Source: an uncultured Dehalococcoidia bacterium
GTDB lineage: Bacteria; Chloroflexota; Dehalococcoidia; Lucifugimonadales; UBA3495
Direction of reading: 5' to 3'
Length of the DNA stretch: 64,000 nucleotides
Assembly: GCA_958296385.1 (NCBI GenBank)
Contig: OY282494.1
Location: 2,622,981-2,686,980 of the forward strand
Position numbers and translations under genes: made by a program. Of this stretch, positions 19,498 to 30,700 are shown piece after piece (the stretch's first letter is position 1; the number at the start of each line of letters is the position of its first letter). Below the pieces are notes generated by a model. It saw nothing but the letters and a program-made list of their open reading frames with translations, was not told the origin of the DNA and made no database searches.

Positions 19498-19663
19498 GCC
19501 TCCCGGCGAATGTATTTACGGGGGTAAGATTGAGCCCGACAGCGCCCAGCATACCACCGGACGCGTGATTATAACTACACTAGCCCTGGCCATTATGAGC
19601 GCACGTCAGGGGGTGATAGCGCCGGCAAAAGCCCGTTATACTACGGCACACCGCACCCCGCCG

Positions 19664-21175
19664 GGTTCCAGAGGTTCAGTATGACTACCACAACCATCAC
19701 CGCCGTCAAGAAGCCGCCACCGCCACCGTTACCGTCCGCACCGGCCCCGGCCCGTTTCCGGTTCCCGGACCCGCCTGAACGTGAGATTGATGAGTCAATG
19801 ACTAACCACCGACAAATGACCTATACGGGCCACTGCCACCACTTGGCCCGGTATCTCGGCAATGAGGCTACCACCCTGGTCACCGCGGACCGTTGGATTG
19901 CGCGTGGGCCGCGCCCCGGCACTACCGGCCTGCGTCTGCCTGATTTGCTCGTGGCTTTTGACGTTGACCCGCAGGCTTACCATGCCACCCGGGGTTATCT
20001 AATCACGGAGCAGGGCAAGCCGCCGGACTTTGTGCTGGAAATAGCCTCGCCAAGCACGGGCAAGGTGGACGTTGAGGAGAAGCCGGCTGATTATGCGGGG
20101 CTGGGCATCCTGGAGTACTGGCGCTTTGACGAGACGGGGGATTCTCACGGAGTGCGGCTGGCCGGCGACCGTTTGGTGAATGGCCGGTATGAGCCTATCC
20201 CTATTGAGGAACTGCTGGATGGGTCTTTGCAGGGGTACAGCCCCGTGCTGAACGTGTACCTCCGGTGGGAGCCAGTGCAGGGGGAGCAGGGTATGTTGGG
20301 CTGGTATGACCCGGAAACGGGGCAGCACATCCCGACGTTTGACGAGGAGAGGGAGGGGCGCATCATGGAGAGGGAAGGCCGCATCATGGAACGGGAGGGG
20401 CGCCTCCGGGCCGAAGCCAGGGTTCGCGAATTGGAGGAGGAAAACCGGCGACTGCGTGGCGGCTAGCCCCCGGCGCTGCTCAAACCGTGTCCCATCAGGT
20501 TCCAGAGGTTCAGTATGACTACCACAACCATCACCGTCGTCAAAACGCCGCCACCGGCACCGTTACCGTCCGCACCGGCGCCGGCCCGTTTCCAGTTTCC
20601 GGACCCGCCTGAACGTGAGATTGATGAGGCAATGACTAACTACCGACAAATGACCTATACGGGCCAATGCCACCATCTCGTCCGGTATCTCGGCAATGAG
20701 GATACTACCCTGGTCACTGCGGACCTTTGGATTGCGCGGGGGCCGCGCCCTGGCACTAGCGGCCTGCGCCGGCCTGATTTGCTCGTCGCTTTTGACGTTG
20801 ACCCGCAGGCTTACCATGCCACCCGGGGTTATCTAATCTCGGAGCAGGGCAAGCCGCCGGACTTTGTGCTGGAAATAGCCTCGCCAAGCACGGCCAAGGT
20901 GGACGTTGAGGAGAAGCCGGCTGATTACGCGGGGCTGGGCATCCTGGAGTACTGGCGCTTTGATGAGACGGGGGATTCTCACGGAGTGCGGCTGGCCGGC
21001 GACCGTTTGGTGGATGGGCGGTATGAGCCTATTCCGATTGAGGAATTGCCGGATGGCTCGTTGCAGGGGTACAGCCCCGTGCTGAACGTGTACCTGCGGT
21101 GGGAGCCCGTGCAGGGGGAGCAGGGTATGCTGGGCTGGTATGACCCGGAAACCGGGCAGCACATCCCGACGTTTG
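19664..21175 (+). repeat. Tandem direct duplication (two ~0.67-kb copies, period 834 nt) spanning both Uma2 genes and their 17-nt leaders
   Basis: GGTTCCAGAGGTTCAGTATGACTACCACAACCATCACC occurs at 19664 and again at 20498. The copies stay colinear with scattered substitutions until the C-terminal tails diverge. Confidence 0.85.
19681..20466 (+). CDS. Uma2-family (DUF820) PD-(D/E)xK endonuclease, copy 1
   Basis: PDLLVAF...PDFVLEIASPST...EEKPADYAGLGILEYWRFD is the Uma2 D...E-x-K signature. The C-terminus carries EREGRIM tandem repeats. Confidence 0.8.
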   Translation: MTTTTITAVKKPPPPPLPSAPAPARFRFPDPPEREIDESMTNHRQMTYTGHCHHLARYLGNEATTLVTADRWIARGPRPGTTGLRLPDLLVAFDVDPQAYHATRGYLITEQGKPPDFVLEIASPSTGKVDVEEKPADYAGLGILEYWRFDETGDSHGVRLAGDRLVNGRYEPIPIEELLDGSLQGYSPVLNVYLRWEPVQGEQGMLGWYDPETGQHIPTFDEEREGRIMEREGRIMEREGRLRAEARVRELEEENRRLRGG

Positions 21176-21405
21176 ACGAGAGGCAGGAAGCCCAACTCCG
21201 AGCCGAGGCCCGCACCGAACAGGAGCGAGCCGCCCGACTCCAGGCTGAATCCCGGGCTGAACAGGAACAGGCCGCCCGACTCCAGGCTGAAACTCGCGCC
21301 GAGCAGGAGCGGTCTGCCCGCCTCCAGGCCGAGGCTCGCTCCGCGCAGGCTGAGGCGGAGGTGCGGGCTTTGCGGGAGCGGCTGCGGTTGCAGGGGGGTG
21401 GCTGA
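20515..21405 (+). CDS. Uma2-family (DUF820) PD-(D/E)xK endonuclease, copy 2
   Basis: Near-identical to copy 1 over roughly the first 220 aa. It has a different C-terminal tail made of three 14-aa R(A/T)EQE(R/Q)(A/S)ARLQAE(S/T/A) repeats. Confidence 0.8.
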   Translation: MTTTTITVVKTPPPAPLPSAPAPARFQFPDPPEREIDEAMTNYRQMTYTGQCHHLVRYLGNEDTTLVTADLWIARGPRPGTSGLRRPDLLVAFDVDPQAYHATRGYLISEQGKPPDFVLEIASPSTAKVDVEEKPADYAGLGILEYWRFDETGDSHGVRLAGDRLVDGRYEPIPIEELPDGSLQGYSPVLNVYLRWEPVQGEQGMLGWYDPETGQHIPTFDERQEAQLRAEARTEQERAARLQAESRAEQEQAARLQAETRAEQERSARLQAEARSAQAEAEVRALRERLRLQGGG

Positions 21406-21524
21406 CCCGGCCGGGGGGTGGGGGCCGTGCTTTAGTCTGGCAGCTGACCTGTAAAGGCTGAGTCAGCTGGCCGGGGTGGGGGCCGGGGGGGTTGTTTTGC
21501 TTGAAGTGGGTTTTGGGGGGGTGT

Positions 21525-21552
21525 TTGTTTGGGGGTGGGTTTGTGGTATTAT
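21525..21552 (+). promoter_or_regulatory. Candidate promoter of the giant gene (TTGTTT, 16-nt spacer, TGn-extended TATTAT)
   Basis: TGGTATTAT at 21544-21552 with TTGTTT at 21525-21530. Motif resemblance only. Confidence 0.3.
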
Positions 21553-21688
21553 GCGCTATTGTGATGTTTGCTGTTAATTTTTGCCGCTCGGCTCCCTTTG
21601 GGGGTTGGAGGGTTTGCTTATGGTAGCCGGTTGGGGACGCGCTTTGCCGGCGCTGGGTCTGGGTCTGGGTCTGGTGGGTGTGAAAGTC

Positions 21689-21708
21689 GGGGGGGGGGGG
21701 GGGGGGGG
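21689..21708 (+). repeat. Homopolymeric G20 tract at the 5' end of the giant gene
   Basis: Counted directly: 20 consecutive G, ending 7 nt before ATG 21716. Confidence 0.95.
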
Positions 21709-21715
21709 TAGTGTG

Positions 21716-24700
21716 ATGCCCCGCCTGGGCCAGCGCCAGGGCTATCGCCGTCGCTTTGGGCGCGGCCGGTTTGTGCTGGCCGGGTTGGTTGCGCTTTTGC
21801 TGCTGCTGGCGGGGCTGGCTCTGTTTGGCGGCGCCGGGGATGTGTTGGCGCAAAGCACCACCGACTACGATACCAACGACAACAACCTCATCGACATCAC
21901 CACCCTGGACCAGCTTAACGCCATCCGGCACGACCCGGACGGCGACGGCGACCCGACTTCCGGGGGAGCTACGGCTTACAACGACGCCTTTCCATCTCGC
22001 GAATCCGGCGCTACCGGGCGCATGGGCTGCCCCAATACCTGCGCCGGCTACGAGCTGCGGGCTGACCTGGACTTTGACACTACCGGCAACGACGACATCG
22101 CCGACTCGCCTTATGCCAGCTGGACGCCCATCGCGGGTTACACAAACACGTTCCGGGGCAACGGGCATACCATATCTAACCTGACCATCAACGCAACCGG
22201 CAGCTCGGGCGTCTTGTACGCCGGGTTGTTCGCCAGTATCAGCAGCGCCGTCTCCGGCGTGGGCTTGCCTAACGCCAAGATAACGTCATCCCACACCGGC
22301 AACTTCCTGCTGATGGGGCCGCTGGCCGGCAACGTGGCTACCGGCGGGACGGTAACCTCCAGCTGGGCCACCGGCAGCGTTACTTCCACCGCTACCGGCA
22401 GCGGCTTCAAGTTCATCGGCGGGCTGGTGGGTCATAACGAAGGCCCGGTGCGGGCCAGCTATTCCGGGGCATCGGTAACGGCAACGACTACGGCCACGGC
22501 GGTGAGAGTCGGCGGGCTGACCGGAGGGCTGAACCTCGCTAGTGGCACGGTGACCGCCAGCTATGCCACCGGCGCGGTATCCGGCGGCAGTGGCAACGGC
22601 TCCCACGTGGGCGGCCTGGTCGGTCAGTTCCGCTCCGACGACCCCAGCATCATCGCGTCTTACGCCACCGGAGCCGTTACCGGCGACGCCGGCGCCAAGG
22701 GCGGGCTGGTCGGCAGCGCGGGCAGCGGCACCATCACCGACAGCTATTGGGATGTTACCGCCAGCGGCGTTGCCGATGATGCCGACAGCCCGGCCGGCGA
22801 GGGCAAGACTACCAGCGAGTTGAAAACGCCCATCGCCTACGGCACCGGCGCCAGCATCTACGCCAACTGGAACGTGAACGCGGACGGCGATACTACCACC
22901 GGCGCAATGACGACCGGCAACGACGACCCCTGGCACTTTGGCACGGCCAGCCAGTACCCCATCCTGCAATTCGACCGGGATGCCGCCGCCATCGACCGGC
23001 AGTACGGCAACGCCGCCGTGAACTACGACGCCAATAACAACAATCTGATTGACGTTGCGACGCTGGCCCGGCTGGACGCCATCCGCTACGATTTGGACGG
23101 CGACGGGGTGACGGCAACCGGGGCGGACGCCGTTAAATACGCCAGTGCGTTCCCCGGCCTGACCGCCGGGATGGGCTGCATGAGTGCCTGCATTGGTTAC
23201 GAGGTGCGGGACGACCTGGACTTTGACACGGGCACGGCCGGCAATCGTGGCGATGATACTTATGCCAACGGCACTCTGGGCTGGGAACCCATCGGCAACG
23301 CTACTACCACGTTCACCGCTATCTTTGACGGCAACAGCGACGACTACACCATCTCCAATCTGTACATCAACCGCCCTACTGGGGACGGGGTGGGGCTGTT
23401 TGGGCGGACTAACGGCGCTACCCTGCGGAACATCGCCCTGGAGGACGTGGCGGTAACCGCCGCCAGTCGGACTGGCGCGCTGGTGGGCCAGGCCGACGGC
23501 GGCACTATCAGCAGCAGCCACTCCACAGGCGGCACGGTTACGGTAAGCGGCGACGTGGCCGGCGGGCTGGCGGGGCAGGTTAATGGCGCCGGCGCCATCA
23601 GCGGCAGCTACTCTACCGTCAACGTTGTCGCGTCGGGGGGCGAGGCCGGCGGGCTGGTTGGGCTGCTGATGAGGGAAAGAGTCCTGGTGAACGTCGCTAA
23701 CGTCAGGTTTGATACCGGCAGCGTTAGCGGCAGTTATGCTACCGGCACGGTTGGGGGGACGACTAACGTGGGCGGGCTGGTGGGCCGCGTCTATCTGGGC
23801 AGCATATCCGACAGCCACGCTACCGGCGCCGTCAGCTCGGCCAGCGCCGGTGCCAAAGTGGGCGGGCTGGTGGGCTATTTGCAGATCGAAGCCGAAACCG
23901 CCAGCGCGCCACCAGTGCAGGCAGCCGGCAGCATTAACGCCAGCTACGCCAACGGCGCGGTCAGCGTTACCGGCGCCAACGTCCACGCCGGCGGGCTGGT
24001 GGGAGAAAACTACGCCGGTCTGATCAAGGATGAATTCACCCAAAGCCGGGCCACCGCCAGCATCCGGGCCAGCTACGCTACCGGCGCAGTGGGGGGCACC
24101 GGCGCGGCCAACCGGCTGGGCGGGCTGGTCGGCTACAACAACGCCAACCGCACCGAGCCGAGACCGGGATTCGCCCCGCGCGGCACTGCCACCGCTGAAA
24201 TCATCGCCAGCTACTCCAACGGCCGGGTAACCGGCGCCGGCGCCGGCACCCAAAAGGGCGGCCTGGTGGGCGGAAGCCGGGGCCGACAAAGCACCCCCGG
24301 AGCCAGCGGGTACAGCGATACCGTCATTACCGACAGCTATTGGGATGTTACGGCCAGCACGGTTGCCGATGATGCTGACAGCTCGACCGGGGTGGGCAAG
24401 ACGCTCAGCGAGTTGCAGACGCCCACCGCTTACGGCACGGCTACCAGCACGCCGCCCAGCATTTACGCCAGCTGGAACCTGAACCTGGACGCCAGCGCCG
24501 GCAACGACGACCCCTGGGACTTTGGCACTAACAGCCAGTATCCCGTCCTCAAGCACAACCGCGACGCCGACGCCATCGCCCGGCAAAGGGCCGCCAACCA
24601 GGTCATCGACTACGATGCCAACAGCAACAACTTGATTGACGTTAAGACGCTGGATCAGCTGAACGCCATCCGGCACGACCTGGACGGCAACGGCGATGCG

Positions 24701-27700
24701 ACGCACGCTGATTACGTTGCCGCTTTTCCCAACGCCGTAACCGGGATGGGCTGCCCGGATACCTGTGCCGGCTACGAGCTGCTGAATGACCTGGACTTTG
24801 ACACTGACGACGATAACGACGTGGACAGCAACGACGACTACCCCAACTGGACGCCCATCGGCACCGCCGTCGCGCCGTTCACCACCACCTTTGACGGCAA
24901 CAACAACGTCATCTCCAACCTGACCATCACCAGCAACAGCAACCGCGTGGGGCTGTTCGGGCAATCCGAGGGCACGCTCTCCGGCATAGGACTGGAAAAC
25001 GTCAACGTTACCGGGAGCGCCCAATTTGGCTACATCGGCACGCTGGCCGGCCGCAACCTGGGGACGGTGATTTCCAGCTGGGCCACCGGCACCGTGGAGG
25101 GCAGTAACCGGGGCGCCCAAACCGGAGGGCTGGTGGGGCGTTCCTTCAATAGCTCCATACGCGCCAGCTATGCCGACGTGGCGGTAACCGTAGCCTCCTC
25201 AGCCCAGCAGGCAAGTTTCGGCGGCCTGGTGGGGCGGGCCTACGGAACACGGATAATCGCCAGCTACGCCACCGGCAGCGTCAGCGGCGGCTTTTCCAAC
25301 AGCTCTAACGCCGGCGGTCTGGTGGGCAATCTGGTCGTCAATTCCTCCATAGAGGAGTCTTATGCTACGGGGCGGGTTACGGTCGGCGTGGGGGTCCTCA
25401 TCGGCGGTCTGGCGGGGCGCCTCGAGAACAGCTCAACCCCCCGCAGCTATTGGGACTCCATCGCCAGCGGCCGGGGCGGGAGCGGGAGCAAAACCACTTA
25501 CGAGCTGCGCGGCCCCACCGCCTACGGTACTGCGACCAGCACGCCGCCCAGCATTTACGCCAGCTGGAACGTGAACGTTGACGGCAATGCCGCTACCGGA
25601 GATTCGACCGGCCGGGACGACCCCTGGGACTTTGGGACTGACACGCAGTATCCGGTACTGAAATTTGACGGGATGGACGTGGCGGCGCAGCAGGGCCGGC
25701 AGCCCAACATCTCTAACGACAGCAGCCTGTCGGCCCTGGCCGTGTCGGAGGTTACGCCGCTGGTGCCGGCTTTTGCCACGGGCACCGACACTTACACCGC
25801 AATGCTGCCAGTCGGCTCAGCCGCCCGGACGGTTACGGTGACGGCGACGACGACGGACATGACTCTGGCCGCCAGTGTGACTTACAGCGCCGTCGCCGGC
25901 GGCGGCAGCGCGGTTACGGCCGACGCGGACCCGGGCACGGCCGGCCATCAGGTTGTGCTGGGCGGCCCCAGCACGGTCATTACGGTTACCGGGCGGGCCC
26001 AGGACGGCTCGAGGTCGTCCTACACCGTCACCATCACCGGCATCCCGGAGAACGACTACGACACCAACAATAACGACCTGATTGACGTCATTTCGCTGGA
26101 TCAGCTGAACGCGATGCGCTACGACCTGAACGGCGACGGCACGGCGGAGAGCAACGGGGTTTTGTACGCCAACGCCTACCCGCTGCCCGCCGCCCGGATG
26201 GGCTGCCCCAATGGCTGTACCGGCTACGAACTGCGGAACGACCTGGACTTTGACACCATCAACGACGATAACGAGGCCGACGCGCCCTACGACAACTGGG
26301 TGCCCATCGGAACTGACGGGGCGCAGTTCAGCGGGGCGTTCCAGGGCAACGGGCATAGCATCTCCAACCTGAACGTCAACGCCGGTGCGAACGTCGTCAC
26401 CCTGGGCCTGTTCGGCACGGTCAGCGGCGCCATCTCCGGCGTGGGCCTGCCCAACGCCCGGATAGCCGGGGCCCGGGCGCAAGCTACCGCCATCGGCACG
26501 CTGGCCGGCACGCTGGGGGGCGGCGGAACGGCAACGTCCGTCTGGGCTACGGGCAGCGTAGCTTCCAGCGACGCCGGCGGCGGCACTAAATACATCGGCG
26601 GGCTGGTGGGCTATCAAGCCGGCACGGTGCTGGCCAGCTATTCCGGGGCGACGGTAACCGTAGATAACGCGGCCACGTCGGTGTACGCCGGCGGCCTGAC
26701 CGGACTGGTGCAGGGCTCAGTTATCGCCAGCTACGCTACCGGCGCGGTGTCGGGCGGCACCGGCGCCGGCGCTCACGTGGGCGGGCTGGCCGGACGGGTG
26801 AACGCCGCCGGGTCCCGCATCACGGCGTCTTACGCTACGGGAACGGTAACATCCGGCGGCGCCAACGTGGGCGGGCTGACCGGCAGTGTGACCAACAGCG
26901 TCAACGTCGGCAGCAGCTATTGGGACACCATCACCAGCGGCATTGCGGACGACGCCGACAACACCGCCCCGGAGGGCAAAACCACTTACGAACTGCGGAT
27001 GCCCACCGCCTACGGCAGTTCCAGCGCCGACCTCTACGCGTTCTGGAACCTAGACCTTGACAACGCGGACAACGACAACACCCTGACTACCGGCCGAGAC
27101 GACCCCTGGGAGTTTGGCACGAACGCCCAATATCCCATCCTGAAGTACGGCGGCCTGGCGTCCAGCACCCAGCGGGCCATCCTGCCGTCGCCGTCCTCCA
27201 CCGACAGCACGCTGTCCGCGCTCAGCGTGACCGGGGTTGCGCTGCGGCCGGTGGTGTTTGACGCGGCAACGCTGGCCTACACCGCAGCGCTGGGGGCCGA
27301 CTCTGACCTCAGCAGCGTTACCATCACGGCTACGCCCACCGACATGGCCAGCGTGTCCATCAGCGCGGTCATCGGCTCCGGCGCCGCCGTTACCAGCGAC
27401 GCCGACACCGTTGCCGCCGGCTATCAGGTTGCCCTGGGCAGCCCCACCACGACCGTTACGATTACCGTTGCCGCAGCGGACGGCTCCCGCACCACGTACA
27501 CCGTCACCATCACGGTTCCCCCCGCCGACTACGACGCCGACAACGACAATCTGATTGACGTCAGGACGCTGGACCAGCTGAACGCCATCCGCTACGACCT
27601 GGGCGGCAACGGCGTGGCGGACGACAGCACCGATCAGGCTACGTACAGCATGGCCTTCCCCCGGGCCGCCGCCGGGATGGGCTGCCCGTCCACCGGCTGC

Positions 27701-30700
27701 ACCGGCTACGAGCTGCTGAACGACCTGAGCTTTGACACCAACGGCGACGGCGTCATCAGCTTCCTGGACGGCGCCTACGAGCACTGGGAGCCCATCGGCA
27801 AGTCCGGTGCGCCGTACACGGCTACCTTTAAGGGCAACGGCCATACCATTGACCGGCTGAACATCGTCGCTGAGGACGTCGGGCAGGTGGGGCTGTTCGG
27901 CGCGGTTGGTGTCGCTAGGGACAGCGGCAACAATATCACCATGACGGGGGCCATTTCCGGGGTGGGCCTGCCCAATGCCAACGTAAGCACCCAAAGCACC
28001 GCCACCAACGTGGTGGGCACGCTGGTCGGATACCTCGACGGCGGGTCGGTAACCTCCAGCTGGGCGGCCGGCAAAGTGGAGGAGAAAAGCGAGGACAACA
28101 GTGGCAAACAGGTCGGCGGGCTGGTGGGCATTGCCAGCGGCGCGGTGCGGGACAGTTATGCCCGGGTGTCGGTGATGACCGACGCAAGAATCTCGGACGT
28201 GCACGCCGGCGGCCTGGTGGGGCAGCTGAACGGCGGCACGATAACCGCCAGTTATGCCACCGGCGCGGTATCCGGCGGCATCCAAAACGGCTCTTACGTC
28301 GGCGGCCTGGTCGGATGGGTGTCCAACACGGCCAGCATCACGGCCTCTTATGCTACGGGGCAGGTTAGTATTAACACCGGCGTCAACGGCGGCGGGCTGG
28401 CCGGCAATATGGCCGGCAGCATCATGAACAGCTATTGGGATGTTACCACCAGCGGCGTTGCCGATGATGCTGACAGCCCGGCCGGGGAGGGCAAAACCAC
28501 CATCGAGTTGCAGACGCCCACCGCCTACGGCGCCACCGGCATTTACTCCGCCTGGAACGTGAACGTGGATGGCGTTAGCGGCATTGACGACCCCTGGTAT
28601 TTTGGCACGTCCTCGGAATACCCCATCCTGAAACACCAGCGCAGCGTCATTAACATTGACTGGCAGCGCAACCCGACGCTGACGAAAAAGAATTACGACG
28701 ACGATGGCGACAATCTCATTGACATCACTACGCTGGCCCAGCTGGACGCCATGCGCTATGACCTGTCTGCGGGCGGCGAGGGCAGCATTGCGGAGGCCAA
28801 CCGGATTAAGTACGCGGCGGCTTTCCCCGGCCTGACTCCGGGGATGGGCTGCGACGACGGCTGCACGGGCTACGAACTGCGGCGGAACCTGGACTTTGAC
28901 ACCGACAACACCGGCGCGGTGGACAGCAGCGACGCTTACCCCAACTGGACGCCCATCGGGAGCTCCGGCTCGCCCTACGGCGGCGAATTCAAGGGCAACA
29001 ACTTCACCATATCCAACCTGACCATCAACGCCCCGGCCAGCATCCGCGAGATGGGGCTGTTCGGCGGGGCCGGCGGGGCCATCTCCGGAGTGGGCCTGCC
29101 CAACGTCAAAATTACCGGCGCCGCTGTCGCCCTCAATGCCGGCGCGCTGGCCGGCGTCCTTTCGGGGTCGGTAACGTCCAGCTGGGCCACCGGAACGCTG
29201 GAAGCCCGCAATAGCGGGCTCGGCGGCTTCAAATATGTCGGCGGGCTGGTGGGCTGGATGGTCTCTAGCGGCGACTACGTGCGCGCCAGCTGGGCCAACG
29301 TGGCGGTAACCGCCCCCACGTCCTTTGTCTCCGCCGGCGGCCTGATTGGTTTGCTCGATTCCGGCGACGTAATCGCCAGCTACGCCCTCGGCGCGGTATC
29401 CGGCGGCGAAGGCGGCCCCTCTCGCACCGGCGGGCTGGTCGGCGCTGTGACCGGCAACGGCTCCACCATCACGGCCTCTTACGCCACCGGGCCGGTTACC
29501 GGCCAAGATGGCAGCAGCGTGAGCGGCCTGTTCAACACGTTGATCAACACCCCCACCATCGCCAACAGCTATTGGGACTCCATCCGCAGCGGCATCGCCG
29601 ACGACTCTGACGACGACGCGCCGGAGGGGAGAGCGACTTACCAGCTGCGCGGCCCCACGGCCTACGGCGCCAGCACGACTACCGACCTTTACTTCGCCTG
29701 GAACGTGGACGTTGACAACGCCGACGGCGATAACGACCTGACCACCGGCACCGACGACCCCTGGGACTTTGGCACCAACCTGCTATACCCCGTGTTGCAG
29801 TACGACGGGATGGACGCCGCCGGGCAGAAAGCCGTGCAGCCCACCATCTCTACCGACAGCACGCTGTCCGGGCTCAGCGTGGCCCCGGCGAGGCTGGTGG
29901 AGACCTTTGCCGCCGGCACCGACAGCTACACGGCTACGCTGCCCGCCATGTCAACCGCCCTGTCGGTTACCGTGACCGCGACGACGACGGCCATGACCGC
30001 CCGTGGCGTGTCGTACAGCGCCGTCGCCGGCGGCGGCAGCCCCGTCACCGCCGACGCCGACACCGGCGCCGACGGACACCAGGTAACGCTCGTCGGCCCC
30101 ATGACCGACATCACCATTACCGTCATGGCCGAGGACGGCTCGACGCAAAGCTACACGGTGTCCATAACGGTGCCGGAGAACGACTACGATGACAACGACA
30201 ACGGCCTGATTGACGTCCGGACGGTGGAGCAGCTGAACGCCATTCGCTACGACCTGAACGGCGATGGCACGACGAACGCCGGCGATGCGGCCGCCTACGC
30301 CGCCGCCTACCCCTACCCGATGGCCGGGATGGGCTGCCAGGCCGTTGACCACGACAACGACGCCAATACCGCCAACCAGCCCGTCTGCACCGGCTACGAA
30401 CTGCGGCAGAACCTGGACTTTGACACTACCGGCGATGATGACACTGCCGACGCGCCCTACGAGAACTGGGTGCCCATCGGGGCCGGCAGCACGCAGTACA
30501 GCGGGGAATTCAAGGGCAACAACTTCACCATTGCCAACCTGACCATCGACGCCCCGGCCAGCATCGACGAGGTGGGGCTGTTCGGCGGGCCCGTCGGCGC
30601 CATCTCCGGGGTGGGCCTGGAAAACGTCAAAATTACCGGCGCCGCTGTCGCCCTCAAGGCCGGCGCGCTGGCCGGGGTCAGCCAGGGGTCGGTAACCTCC

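Noticed and set aside
21029-22168. 379-aa minus-strand ORF bridging Uma2 copy 2, the G-rich leader and the start of the giant gene.
   Set aside because: Pro/Gln/Thr-rich translation produced by reading the G-rich leader and poly-G as poly-Pro. It overlaps two supported genes and has no motifs.
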